A DNA stretch of 52,928 nt from Seison nebaliae (Eukaryota): assembly GCA_023231475.1 (NCBI GenBank), contig JALJEE010000800.1:1-52928 (forward strand), given 5' to 3'. Under the pieces are notes generated by a model. The model had not been told where the DNA came from. It saw only the letters and a program-made list of their open reading frames with translations, and did no database searches. Shown here piece after piece: positions 39,598 to 52,158 of this stretch; position 1 is the first letter of the stretch, and every line of letters starts with the position of its first letter. Both the position numbers and the translations under genes were made by a program.

Positions 39598-41656
39598 TCA
39601 ATTCTTCGATTTATCTTTGAATTTGATGGTGTAGAGATCATCATAATCTTCTTGTAATAAATAATCATAAGCGGGTGTGGTGGAATGATAAACTTTCTTC
39701 ATCTGCTCCTGCAATTCATTCAATAACATCGGATAGGGTAATTTGGCGTCGTATTCGTTGAGATGAGTTCGTTTCAATTGAACTTCTTTCGTCTTGCTGA
39801 GAATACTTTCTCTTAATTCTTTATCGTTCTCATTCAATCTCAAATATTTCAAATATAATTCCTTCTCTTTATGCACTAATTGATCGTGGTCGTCGTCATT
39901 CTTCTTCTCTTCCAACAACAAACGACGTTCTTTCAATGTGGAATTTGAATTAATTTCATACAACCGAATTAGACTACCCCAATTGGTGAGTTGTGGATGA
40001 AGTTGTCGTAAGAGAATTTGAGCTGCTCGATGTTTCCCCTGATTCTTCGACGTACATTTAATAGAGACGATCATATCCTTTGGATCGACATTATAAGTGG
40101 GCGTCCAATTTTTTAGAGTTAACGTCAATTGATGATATTTACCAGCTAAATCGATCATGTCGAGAGAGAGTAGATCATTATGATTCATCATCATTGTATT
40201 TCGTTTGAGACATTCGTTTAACAGATGATATGGTTTCATGTAGCCACATTTCTCTAGAATGTCAAGAACGCGTTCATTGTCAATTGGTAATGTATCGAGA
40301 ACTTTCAATAAAGATTCTTCTTCACAATTATTCGTACCATTTATGATACTTTCTCCACTCTCCGATGATTTGACTGATATATCATTTCCATTTTGATGGT
40401 TGGACGTATGTGAAATATATTCAGGCATAACAATACGTAATGCTTCTAATGCCGCCATATTCTTCGCACTCTTCTTACTACTACCATGACCCACACCATA
40501 AAGAACGGAATTGACATACACTTCGATACAATAAGAATTGGCCATATCGACATTCGTCACTTCTTTGTAGAAAGGGAGAGCATTTGATCCATTAACTTTT
40601 TGGAGATATTCATTCAGAATTGATGCATCAGATTTGTTCGTCATGGAGAAGGAAAGTGTCTGATATTTGTCTTTCACTATTCGTTCAATGAGTAACGGCC
40701 GATTAAGTTGTTGACGATCATCGAAATGAGAAGCACATGATGTCAATGTTGGTAATAGATTGATCTTCTTTGCATTTTCGTTGGAGCGAAGAGAATTGAT
40801 ATATTCTTTCCGTTTGGACCAATCGAAGAATTTTCGAATTTCATTCTCTTCGAATTCGAATAAACGACTATTATATCTGAATAATTCCTCTTTGTTTAAT
40901 AGATATTGTTCATGATGCACTTCTAATAACGATTGGTTTCCATGGTAACGATTGAATTCTTCCTTCAAATTTTCAAATATTGCTGAAGATGATGTAGTCG
41001 TTTTATAGAGAAGGAGATCTTCCAATCTCATCGACATATCCTCTCGAATCTCCAACGATCTTTTATCGATCAAATTCACCAATTCATTCCGAAATAATTC
41101 TGCTTCTTTTTCACCAACAATCTCTTTCGTTGTCTCATTTCTCATTTCTTCTCCTAAATACATCAACTTCAATTCATTCTCAACTAAATTATTTGTCTCT
41201 TTCAAACAATTCACATTTTCTTGATTAATTTCACAATTCTCGAAATTATGCATATAATTATCTTGTTGTTGTTGTTGTTGTTCTTGTTGTTGTGTGATTT
41301 CTATTCGATTTTGATGTTCTTTTTTATTCTTCAAATATTTATAATGAAGACAAGGAATCGATGTTAATGGAATGAGATGTCGTTTACAATTAAAGCCTCG
41401 ACTCAGTTGAAATGGACGAGAAAGTGTGATGACTCGCGTCTTCGTATGAATATAAAAGTTGAGACCAGATTCATGAAGATATGAACCCCATCCAACTGGT
41501 AATAAATCATGAGATTCATCTTTCGTCGGGAAATATTTACATCTCTTCTTCCGAATTGTTCGATATGAACATTTCTCTTCTTTCTTCTCCTTCTTTCCAT
41601 TCTCATTCTCATCATCATCATCATCATTATCATCATCATCTTCTTCATCTTCTTCT

Positions 41657-41688
<32 letters not shown>

Positions 41689-41970
41689 ATCGTTATTTCC
41701 AATCGATTCTTCAATTTCATCATCGTCTAAATCGAAAAACTTCTCAACTTTCTTCTCCGACGATTCGACTTTCATTTTCCCTAATAAATTCCTTCGTTTC
41801 GCTGATAAATTTATACTCACTCCTCCATAACAACATTTCGATCGTTTCCTTCGATTTCTTCTTCCACGTTCATTTCGTTGTCTCATGTCGGTCGAACGGG
41901 TTTCCATATCGCAAATAGTGAAGTTGCCTCCAGATATCTTCGATTTTTCGAATGGGAAATTCTTCCTCAT
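39598..41970 (-). CDS. DGCR8: Microprocessor subunit DGCR8/Pasha, intronless
   Basis: WW/Rhed region LPVGW..HESG..YIH..TRVITLSRPF, heme motif IPCLHY, dsRBD1 (ILNEY..YGVGHGSSKKSAK..AALEAL), dsRBD2 (PYHLLNECLKRN..LHPQLTNWGSLIRLY) and a C-terminal tail LLNELQEQMKK. Confidence 0.95.
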
Positions 41971-42216
41971 TTCATCATTCCATATTGCGATTGTTTGTAT
42001 GTGTCTGTGTATATTTCACGATTTAAACCTTTTCAAATTTGTCGCTTAATCACAGAAATTAATTTTGCAGGAAATTTCCTCAGTCTCCACCATCCATCAT
42101 CATCATCATCATCATAATAATAATCATCATCATCATCATCATCATCATCAGTCGATTGTAAAAAGATTTTTACATATACACATCATTATTGTCCTCCTTC
42201 AAATCCATATTTACAG

Positions 42217-45200
42217 ATGAGCGGTTCATTTCCTTTCCGATTGATATCTTCAATTTTTAGAAAAGATTCACGAACCTCCGTCTCCACCGACAACATCAAT
42301 CAATCCATTTTTGGTTAGTCTTTTCAAATTTCTTCTTCTCATCACAAATCTTATTAATCATCAATAATTCCCAAAAACCGAAATATATAGACGAGATGAT
42401 CGATTGTCTTCTCCTTCCAATATTCGAATGGAAAAGGTTTCTTCTTTCTCCTTCTCCTCTTATTCGAATGTGAGTCGAATTGGACAGAAGTCAAGATCCT
42501 CTTCTTCGACTTAGTGACATATTCGGGTCACAACGTCGATTTCTAGTGGAACATATCGAAGCAGAAGATCAACTCGATTTCAATGTATATTTGGAGCGAA
42601 CGTCCAATTTGTTCTATTTCGCTAAAGATATCATCTCTTCATTACCAAGTATTCATTCATTCATTTTTTCATTCATTTATATTTTTTTTTCCATTTCAGT
42701 TTCTTGTTGGAGTGAATATCCAATCTTTTTGAACGAAGCTAGAAATTTTGTACTTGTTCTCTACTCGACATATCGAATGAATTGTGTATTCGTTCAAGAG
42801 AATTGGTCCGATCAATTGGTCACACAATCATTTCCCGATCCCAGAGAATATATATCTCGAGTCGAGATCATTAAAGAAGATCAATTACTCAGTTTCCTCG
42901 ACGAACTCACTTGCAATCTAATCAGTACAGCACTCAAATGGAATCGTTCACCCGTTCTCATTTATTTTTCGTTTCTTCTTCAAAAATTTTCTTTTTTTCT
43001 CAAAGGCGAAAAACTTCATGTCAATTCTATTGCGATTGGAGAAGAATGGAGATTTACGGAAAAGTTATAATTTCTTATAAAATTTTTGATTTGTTTATAC
43101 TTTTAAAATTATTTGATATTGAATATAAATTGAATAATTAGAAATTAATTTATCTTTATTTTAATAATTAAATTTTCCTTTTCTTTTTTTTTTCGTTTTA
43201 TAGAACAAATCAAATTTCTGATAGAGAAGTCTTTTGACGAATTCTCATTATTGAACGATTATTTATCAATAAGAGTTCTTCTTCTTTTTTTTTCATTATT
43301 TTATTCATTTATTCATTTATCTCTAGATTCTTTCTCATTTTACGCATTATTTCGATGAAGAGAATTGGCACGATGTTTTTCATCGATTGACTGCCGTTTT
43401 TTTGAAACGACCCCGAATCTTCAATTCATTTTATAGTCATGCATTTCGAGTAGATCAAATGCATCCGGGACGAATAGTTTTTCTTTAATAAATAATATTC
43501 ATAAATTTTTAATAATTCTTTTATAGATGGAAACGTTTATGAATCAAATTAATTTCGAAGTGACTCCGACGGAATTTATGAAATATATTCCGAAATTATT
43601 CGTCACTCTACTCCACAATCACAGCGAAACGGCGAAAAAAGCTCTCCGATATTTAGATAATTTATATGTGCAAGTGTTGGATAAAAGTAAACATCGTCAT
43701 GAAGCAGAGATGTATCTTATTCAATATTTATTATTGACGGTTGGTTTGAGAGATGAAGAACCAATTCGAGAAATGAAGTCGGTGGATTTAAATCACAATT
43801 ATTGGCGATTACCTCTTCCCTCACTCAGCGAATTGGATGAGATGGAAATATTGAGACAGAAATTATTTTCGGAGAATAGTCATGAGATAATACGTCATTT
43901 ATCAGAACGAGAGAGACGAATGACTGAAAAAACTCAGGAATCAGAAACGATGGATTGGGGATCCAATTCTTCCTTATTCATCGAAGATGATAAGAAAGAT
44001 GAGAATGAATTACCATCACAACGATCGTTGACGAGTACGATCAATTTACTTCATAAAGACAACGAGAAGAATTTGGAGAAGTGTACCACATCCGCTTTTC
44101 CTCACCATCTCAAACAAGTCGTTCGTCGATTAGTTGATGATGTTTATCCTCAATCTGCTCTCGTTTATTCATTGATTCCGATGAAATTGATCGATTATTT
44201 AACGGAAGAGAATGAAACATTTTATAATAATATTCTAGAGAAGTTGTTACGTAATGAGAATATCAATCTTCAATTGATACCGTTAATGCCGATTATTTCG
44301 ACGATAATCGATAATATCATTTTCCATGAGACTCTTATGAATTTATTAGTCATTTTACAAGCCTTCTACAATTCGGATAATGTGGAAGAATTACCAATAT
44401 TTTATTCGAATACTTCATTTCATCTCCTCATCGATGAATGGAAAGAGAAACGAGCCATTGATCATTTCGTCCAAATACTTCCATATTCTCCATCCATCGA
44501 TCTCGTACGTTCTATCATCCAACAAATTATCCATTTTGCTCATTTGATCTTTTTGAGGAAAAGGAAGAATACATTCAATTATTTCCAAACATTATATCAA
44601 TCACCAAATTATCTTATTCATCAAATCGATATTTGGTTGTTTATTGACATTTTACTAAAAATCTTCTTTTCCGCTCCCTATATCCGATACAAGAAAGAGA
44701 TTGATTCAATTTTGAAAAAGAAGAGTTCGATTCAATTATTTCCAAATGAGCCACCTCTCTCAACCATCAATGATGATATTTATATCACATATGAATTATT
44801 TCACAATAAACAATGGACGGATGAATTACATTTGATGGAATGGAGACATCGATCTAATTTCATCGAAATCTTCCTTTCTCTCATTCCCTTCGCTCATTTC
44901 GATCAATTGAGTTCGATCGAAGAAGGAATCGCACTCCAATTCCTTTATGACCCAATTGTTCATATTCATCGATTATCGGTGAAATTGGTAGCGAATCTTC
45001 TCCTTCGTTATCAATTAACATCGATTTATTCTTCTCATTCAGTTCGACTTGTGGAGAAAGTGAAAGAATTAAATCCTGATAAATTTGAAGTGACGTTATT
45101 AAATATAGCTATCGAATTTCTATCACCATCACTCAATTATCATCAGATTAATGATGAAGACGTACCAGTTTTCCTTTCTGACGATGATTGTCCTATTTTG

Positions 45201-45742
45201 AATTATTATGAAACATTCCGACTCATCATCGGAACTAGTCGTCGATCTCATCGACTCAATTTAGTCAAACAATTCTCCAAATATGAGACAATTGATTCAC
45301 TTCATTCGCCACATATTGTCCAATTGAATCAATTCGAGAGATTGAAACATTTTCATCAACTTTTCTACAAAAATTTCATTTCGCTCATCTTTCAACCAAA
45401 CATCAATCATCAAATAACAATAAATTTAGTGAGATTAATTGAAATTGTCACTCGATTTATTCGTTCGATTTTCTCTTCATTCTCTCTTTCATTATCTCGT
45501 TTTTAGATGAAATGATGGATTCAAGACAATTCTATCAGACTCCCATCGAATACTACCAATCATCGAACAAGGATGAAGATGATTATCAAAAGAATATGTC
45601 CTTCCTCCTTCACATGTACAAGTCGATAACGGAGACGTATGGAGATCGCATCCTTACTCTCCTCACAACAATAGAGAAGTCAAATCAACTTTTCCTCATC
45701 CCAATCATTAAGAGAATATATCAACGATATGGAATCTTTTAA
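42217..45742 (+). CDS. ~1000-aa alpha-helical/HEAT-repeat protein, possibly a divergent PP4 regulatory subunit 1 (PP4R1)-like; ~9 exons
   Basis: Short introns link the ORF pieces in one frame from ATG 42217 to stop 45742. The segment EWRHRSNFIE...IALQFLYDPIVHIHRLSVKLVANLL resembles the recalled PP4R1 HEAT segment NWRFRAELAE...IALNLCADKVSSVRWISYKLVSEM. Gene existence is well supported; the identity is tentative. Confidence 0.5.
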
Positions 45743-47171
45743 TTTCATCTTTTCTTCCTCTACTTGTAAATGTCCAGAACTGATAGTTTTTTTTTATTAC
45801 TTTTCACCTATTATATTTCACTTAACTATTTAAGAATATTTATTAAAAACATCAAAGTTTATGTGGAGTTTAAACATTGGAAATCCTTTCCAATTCATCC
45901 TAAAAAAAAAATCCTAACACACTAACTATTCATATTATATCACTCCTCCTCCTCCCAATACAATTAAGTTAAATTTATTGAAAATTCCACTTTCTTTAAC
46001 TGATGTTCATAATATGCACAATTTTAAATTTGTAGACAATTTATCCTTTTTTCTCTGTAGTTCATGACAAACCCCCTCATCCCTGATGTATAGTCCCATA
46101 AAGCTTATTATATATAACTCGTAAGTTTTATTGAATTAATAAAAATTTTCTTATTATTAGGTAGGAATCCAATATCATTCAGAAAAGAATTAGCAATAGT
46201 CTATAATAGACTCTATAGAGTATATACTATTGCTAATAATCATTCGTTATTATAAGAATAATAATTCTTTCAACTTCATATCCCTAATGTTTTGGAAGGT
46301 GAGAAATTTCACCCGAAATTACAATTCTATTTTAAGAAATATTATACTAGTCCTTCGTTATGCTTATTGAAGAAAGACCACACTAGTTTGGTAGAAGGGA
46401 CTAGAGAAAAAGTGAGCTTAAGGTATGGTGGATGGAAAACAATTAAAATAATTTTTTTGGTTCTGTTCGACGAGAGTAAGCTTAAAATTTGAGATTGGAA
46501 TTGAAAAAATAAATTTCTCAATTTATTCTGAGTATTTCTTCTGATTTATTGATGCAAGACTAGACATTTCACAAGATGAAAACGCAGCTATTCACTATAT
46601 AAGTATAGTGATCCCTTCTTTGAGAATGTTGAATGAATTTGTGTGAAAATATCTTTTTGTAAACTTATTGTAAATTGAGTGATATTTATTTTCAACTTGT
46701 TAACACAACTTGCATGAGTAAGGACTTCTTCTTTACGAACTTCTTTCTTTCTTATTAGAATCTACATTTGAACTCGGATTTCGAATGATGCACCAATTTA
46801 AACGTACTTCACATCAATCGACAGGGCAATATTCAAATTCGATAAATTATTCTAATACCTCCTCTCAATTCATTCATCGGCGGCGGTGTACTCGCAGCTG
46901 ATTAGTGTTCTATTGCGTGTTAATTGTGATTCAATAAGTCTCCTTCAAATAAATTCGGGTTGAAAAGGATACAAACCAAATTCAATTTATTCATTTCATT
47001 CTTACTCATTTACACACACACATACACACACACACGCACACATACATACAGAGACACACGTTTTTAAACATATACGGGTGCGATCAAAAATTTTTTCAAT
47101 TCAACTTCCCCCGCCATTAAAAGAAACTTTTATTTTTCTTTTCACGCTAATCCTCGTCCACTACTTGGAAT

Positions 47172-48719
47172 ATGGGCAAAAAAAGTTCATTCTTTTTTCT
47201 TCCTCTCTCCATTAGTTGAATGGTCTTCCTCCAAATAGATAATAGAAATCGAGTTAACGGCAGATCGAATAAGGAAAATGATCTAGTGGATAGCGATTCC
47301 GTAACTGACGATGGTGAATTGATTGATAGTTTCATGGACGAAACGTCGTTATTGATCGACGGTTTCCTCGACAAGATCAATGAGAGAAAGTTCATCGTTT
47401 CTTTCAAATAATTCTTCTAAAATTTCCTTTTTTGCAGTGCGAAGAAGCGACTTAAATTTCTCAATCAATTCCGTCAGTTATTACAAACGAATTACCTTGG
47501 AAATTTTTTTACGAAAAAGTTAATCTCATTCAAATTTTACTTTTATTACAAAATTTTCTCATAAAATCTTTTCTTCCTTTCTCTTCATCATTATGAAAAC
47601 AATAAATTAATTTCTCTTTTCTTTTCCAGTTTCGAGGAATGGCAAGATAGTCTGATACGTTTAATGAATCGCGGAGTGTCAATAGAAGAGAAATTATCGG
47701 CAGGAAAATGTTTATTATATTTATATATTCAAGTGCCATTGGAAATGAATGATGAGAATGAGAAGGTGATTCGATCGATCGTTCGTGATGAAAGTCTCCC
47801 CATCACTCTGAGACAAACGGCGATTTATATTTATGGAATTGGTAATTATCGATGCCGATTAGATTTGTATGAGTGTGCGAAAACGTTGGAAGTAATTTTG
47901 TCTCATTCATACTTGAAAGGTGATAGAACAGTCAGGAAAAATTTGAATAACAACGATATTCAATTACATCTCTCCGCTTTGAATATGATAATTTTCCTTT
48001 TGGTTGTACGTCAGAACGGTGGCGATGATGATCGAGAGATTTGTCGAGAGATTTTACGAATTCTATTACCCAAATTACCGGAACTAATGCAGAGTATTGA
48101 CGTGGAAATGAAATGTCAATCGGCGATGGCTCTAATAATTTGTCATGATATAGCCAAATCGATCGGCGGCTGTCAAATACCTAAATTAGGGAATCATTAT
48201 CTGGAAGATTTGCAGAAAATCGGAAATAATTCAATGAAAAATGAAGGACGACGTTCAAAAAAAATGCAACGAGATGCCACCAAAAATTTGATAATTTCAT
48301 TAGAGTCACTTCGCAAGAGTGGAGATAGCAATTTCTCTGAATTCCAATTAACTATCAACCATCATTGTAATCGACGTCTAATTGGAAATGAACAACAAGT
48401 TCTCGTAGACGACAATGGAATTAAAGGAAATGAGACGATTATCATCGATTCGTGGTCACTCTATCATATTTATCAATTTATTTGCGATATTTCTAGCGAG
48501 AACATCGACGAACATCTCCGACAGAACAATTTCGTTCGGAATCTGCTCGAAATCGACGAACTGAATGATTTGCGATTGATCGGTTCGGTGGGGAAACAAC
48601 ATGTTCAACAAGTGAAAATGTTACGACAAAATGCGGAGAAAATGCAGAAAAACAAGCGGAAGAATGAACGTGATCATAAAATGAAAATAAAATCTGAATT
48701 TGACGAACATTCTGATTAG
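47172..48719 (+). CDS. IFRD1: Interferon-related developmental regulator (IFRD1/2 family), 4 exons (introns 47185-47238, 47390-47437, 47519-47629)
   Basis: DKINERNAKKRL, SYLKGD, KKMQR, IIDSWSLYHIY..HLRQNNFVRNLL and a basic C-terminus (KNKRKNERDHK) match the IFRD and IFRD_C patterns. Confidence 0.8.
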
Positions 48720-49030
48720 ATCAAATTAATATTTTTCTTTTCGTCCAGTGCGTTCCGTTTCTTTTCTCAATATTTATTTTTCCAATCAAACTAAAGTTTT
48801 CTTTTCTTGTCCTTTCACATTAAATTTCTTTCATATTTTCTTCGTTTTTCCCCATTCGTTTATTAAGTTTATCAATTTTATTTACTCAAATTTTATTTCA
48901 TTCTTCTATTAAACAACAATTATTTTAATGGATTAATTAATTTCCTAAATCGTTCTGGACAACATGTAATTGACAGTAAGTAATTAATTGAATATGGAGC
49001 ATTTAGAGTAAAAATGGAGGACATTCAATA

Positions 49031-49208
49031 AGGCAATTAGTTTTCTATATTTTTTTATTGATTCCATTAGTTCCATTTGAAATTAAATTTGTTATCATTA
49101 TACATTCATAGATTATCGTTTAATCTGGTTTTTATAGTTCTTTATTATTACTCTACTTCTATTTAATTTGAATAAATAATTAAATAATTAGTAAATAATA
49201 AGTTAGTT
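49031..49208 (+). repeat. Direct repeat, copy 1 (~180 bp)
   Basis: Near-identical to 51756-51947, including an exact ~75-nt core TAGTTCCATTTGAAATT...TATAGTTCTT. Confidence 0.95.
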
Positions 49209-49259
49209 TCTCATGAAACCTACACAATGGAGTAGATTTTCAAACTTTATCATTAGAAC

Positions 49260-50473
49260 GATGAAACTTTAGTTTCCAGACGTATATGATGATTATCATA
49301 AAACCGATATCCATGACAACTATGACATTTTTGCATATCATAAAGCAGAATCAAACTCGTTAATAAACGATGTTCATTTTGAAAATTATTCCTATTTTGA
49401 AGAAACCGAATATCGATCATTCTTCGTATTTGAGAACCTCATTTTGATCCGATACCGTAATGTACTCTATTCGTCATCGTATCAAGTCGCTTATCGATCA
49501 TCCTGTTGAGGCACATATCCTCTTCTTCTTATTCTCCGTTCGACTATAAATATTGCGAAGGAGATGAAACTTTTTTTACATCTTCTTTTCCTTGATGCTT
49601 CAAAGGCATTCGATTCGATCAACGATATTCCTACGTCCTTTATTCTATCCTCAAATTTCTCGTCCATTTCTTCTGCAATTCCTCTGGATGCGTTGTTCAC
49701 GGTGATAGCTACAGCATTCCCTTCCAAATTAATTCAGGAGTTTGTCAAGGTACGATCCTAGGTCTCTGGTTATTTGGAGTGGCTATTGACGGCTAATCGC
49801 GAACTAAACGAAAGTAACAGGATTGCCATCGATGATTTCTTATTTCCACATATGTCGATGACTTCGTGATCATTCATTGTTCCCATCATGAGTTAAAGAA
49901 ATCCGACCTACGTACATTTCGTCTTCTTGGGAAAAGAGGTATTGTTATTAATGAAGCGAAATGCTGGTTGCTCTCAACTGGTAATCGCTCATTCTACTAT
50001 CTTCCTAAGCTGGCAGATTTTCCTGATCCGCTCTCGATCATATTGGAAACAAATTCTGCAGAGCTTTTTTCTCCTTCTCTCCCAAATCTAAATTCGTTTC
50101 ATTGAAGATCCGTCTTTCACTTTTTAGGAGTTTAGTGGTACCACTGTATTCCCGGGAGACCATATTTCTATGTTCTCATCATTCTTTCTTGTCCACGGAT
50201 CGGGCCTATAATCGACTCATTAGGAGAATGATCTGTTGCTTTCATAGATGTAACCGTTCACTTCTTTTCGCCACAGTGAATTTCTTATCACTTCCCATTC
50301 TTATTTTTCGTCGTATTTTTTCACTTATTGATAAATTTTACAATTCCGACCTACTCGTCAGTCATCCTTCCGTAATCTACCCTCTTCACATCCATTGCGT
50401 TTTCACATACATTCTCAGATATTATGATACTTATTCCCACGGGAATTCTAACTAATAAATAATAATAATAATT
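49260..50473 (+). mobile_element. Decayed, 5'-truncated non-LTR retrotransposon (LINE) reverse-transcriptase fragment
   Basis: RT motifs appear in order across shifting frames: YQVAYR, LFLDASKAFDSI, SGVCQGTILGLWLF, YVDDFVI, GIVINEAKC, FTFLGV. There are in-frame stops and frameshifts, and a (TAA)n-like tail at ~50455-50473. The 5' boundary is approximate. Confidence 0.85.
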
Positions 50474-50935
50474 AAGTTAATCGAAGTAATTTGGAGCATC
50501 TTGAATTGAAATAAGGGAAATTTTTAAAATTCGAACACTAGTTCTATAATGTTTTTGTTGTTTATTGCTCAATTGGAAATAAGTTCATGGAAAGTTATTT
50601 AAAACAATTGTGTCATTTTAATGATTATGTTATGAGTAATTTTCTGCGTAATAAATTTATTCGTTCATGGACATAGACAATTTATGAAGTAAAGCAATCT
50701 AAAAAGAGCTGAATGAATGTATTACGAATGAAAATTAATTGAAATAAAATTACTTGGAATTGTTCGCTATTCAAAAGATAAACTGAAGAAAAATATTTTT
50801 CATGATCAAAAATCATTCAAAGATTAATAAAATGGTTCTATAATTGTTGATGTTTATTGAATAGATGTACATTATTTAATTTAGATGTAAATAAATCGAT
50901 CGCTTTGAGAATGACCGATTTCCATTTGGAAGGGC

Positions 50936-50942
50936 TATAAAA
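50936..50942 (+). promoter_or_regulatory. Possible TATA box of the vWC gene
   Basis: GCTATAAAA about 80 nt upstream of ATG 51019; weak evidence in AT-rich DNA. Confidence 0.3.
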
Positions 50943-51018
50943 TGTTTTTTATGATGTTGAATGATCTATAATTTTAAAATTTCAAGAAACTTATTTCAAG
51001 GAAAGTGTTTATCCGAAA

Positions 51019-51380
51019 ATGAAAACTTCAATGATTTATATCGCAATATTTGGTTAGCGAACACATTCTTTAAATACTACTTTCTTTATTGTCCAATATG
51101 ACAGCTTTATGCTTATTCGTTTATGGCAAATGTGAAGACTGTGAATATCAGGGGAAGGCGATAGGTAGTGAACCAGTGGAAATAGGTTGTGATTTCTGTA
51201 TGTGCAAAATGGGCAAAGTTAAATGTCAGCCCCAATGCGAGCCAGTCACTTGTGATGAGGGTGAAACGGTTTTAACTTCGGTCAATGGTTGTTGTCAACT
51301 TTGTATGGGTTAATATTTGATGAAATTTCGCTAAGTTCTTTCAAATTTTTTTTATAGTACTACCACCTCTACCGAAATAA
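51019..51380 (+). CDS. Small secreted single von Willebrand factor C (vWC) domain protein, 3 exons (introns 51053-51104, 51309-51357)
   Basis: Signal peptide MKTSMIYIAIFALCLFVYG, then C.YQG...CDFCMC..GKVKC...C....C...GCCQLC (vWC CxxCxC and CCxxC signatures). Confidence 0.85.
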
Positions 51381-51755
51381 CCAGGGACACTTCGCAATTT
51401 ATCTAGAAACCTTGCACTTAAAAATAATTAATTCAATAAAACTTATTATATCTTCTCGTTCAATATCGATGTTTTTACCCATTTTTGGATCTCTTTATAT
51501 AGTTTCATTTTGGCTAAGAAATAAAAAGATCTTGTCAATTTTTTAACGAACAATATAATGTAAGGATATGCTTCTTGCGAATAAAATAATTTAGTTTATT
51601 ATTATTGAACAATGATCAAGTACTACATTCCACGTGGAATTTTGTAAGTACTTACACACATGTCTTGGGTCTTCTACATGATTCAAGTATGAATATGCTG
51701 CAACGAATGTCGTATATGAAGTAATTTTCGACATAACTTTTCCAAAGATTTCTAT

Positions 51756-51947
51756 AGGCCATTTAGTTTTCTATTCTTTTCTATGGATTCCACTAGTTCC
51801 ATTTGAAATTAAATTTGTTATCATTATACATTCATAGATTATCGTTTAATCTGGTTTTTATAGTTCTTCTTTAGTATTATTATTATTAGTTCTATTTCTA
51901 CTTAATTTGAATAAATAATTAAATAATTAGTAAATAATAAGTTAGTT
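51756..51947 (+). repeat. Direct repeat, copy 2 (~190 bp)
   Basis: Matches 49031-49208; it differs mainly by a longer (TAT)n tract and a few substitutions. Confidence 0.95.
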
Positions 51948-51995
51948 CCTCCCCTATCATACAAAAACACGCTAAATAACGTGTAATTTTGAGGG

Positions 51996-52158
51996 TTTAA
52001 AAAAATCACTTTATTTAGCGTTTAAATTAGGTGAAAATTGAGGGGCTATTTAGCGTTTAAAAAATCACTTTATTTAGCGCTTAAATTAAGTGAAAATTGA
52101 GGGGCTATTTATCGTTTAAAAAATCACTTTATTTAGCGTTTAAATTAAGTGAAAATTT
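51996..52158. repeat. ~59-bp tandem repeat, ~2.8 copies
   Basis: Unit TTTAAAAAATCACTTTATTTAGCGTTTAAATTAGGTGAAAATTGAGGGGCTATTTAGCG with few substitutions. An inverted core CGCTAAATAA lies at ~51970. Confidence 0.9.

Noticed and set aside
41403..41918. Alternative-frame and antisense ORFs over the DGCR8 acidic tract
   Set aside because: Shadows of (GAA)n/(GAT)n coding repeats.
46785..46902. Possible C/D snoRNA (ATGATG...CTGA)
   Set aside because: Imperfect C box, no terminal stem and no identifiable guide sequence.
716..48719. Alternative genetic code or stop-codon readthrough to explain fragmented ORFs
   Set aside because: Short GT-AG introns account for the breaks in all gene models (only the NDUFAF1 5' end is unresolved), and conserved motifs translate correctly with the standard code.
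49491..49727. Minus-strand 78-aa ORF
   Set aside because: Antisense to the LINE RT motifs on the plus strand.
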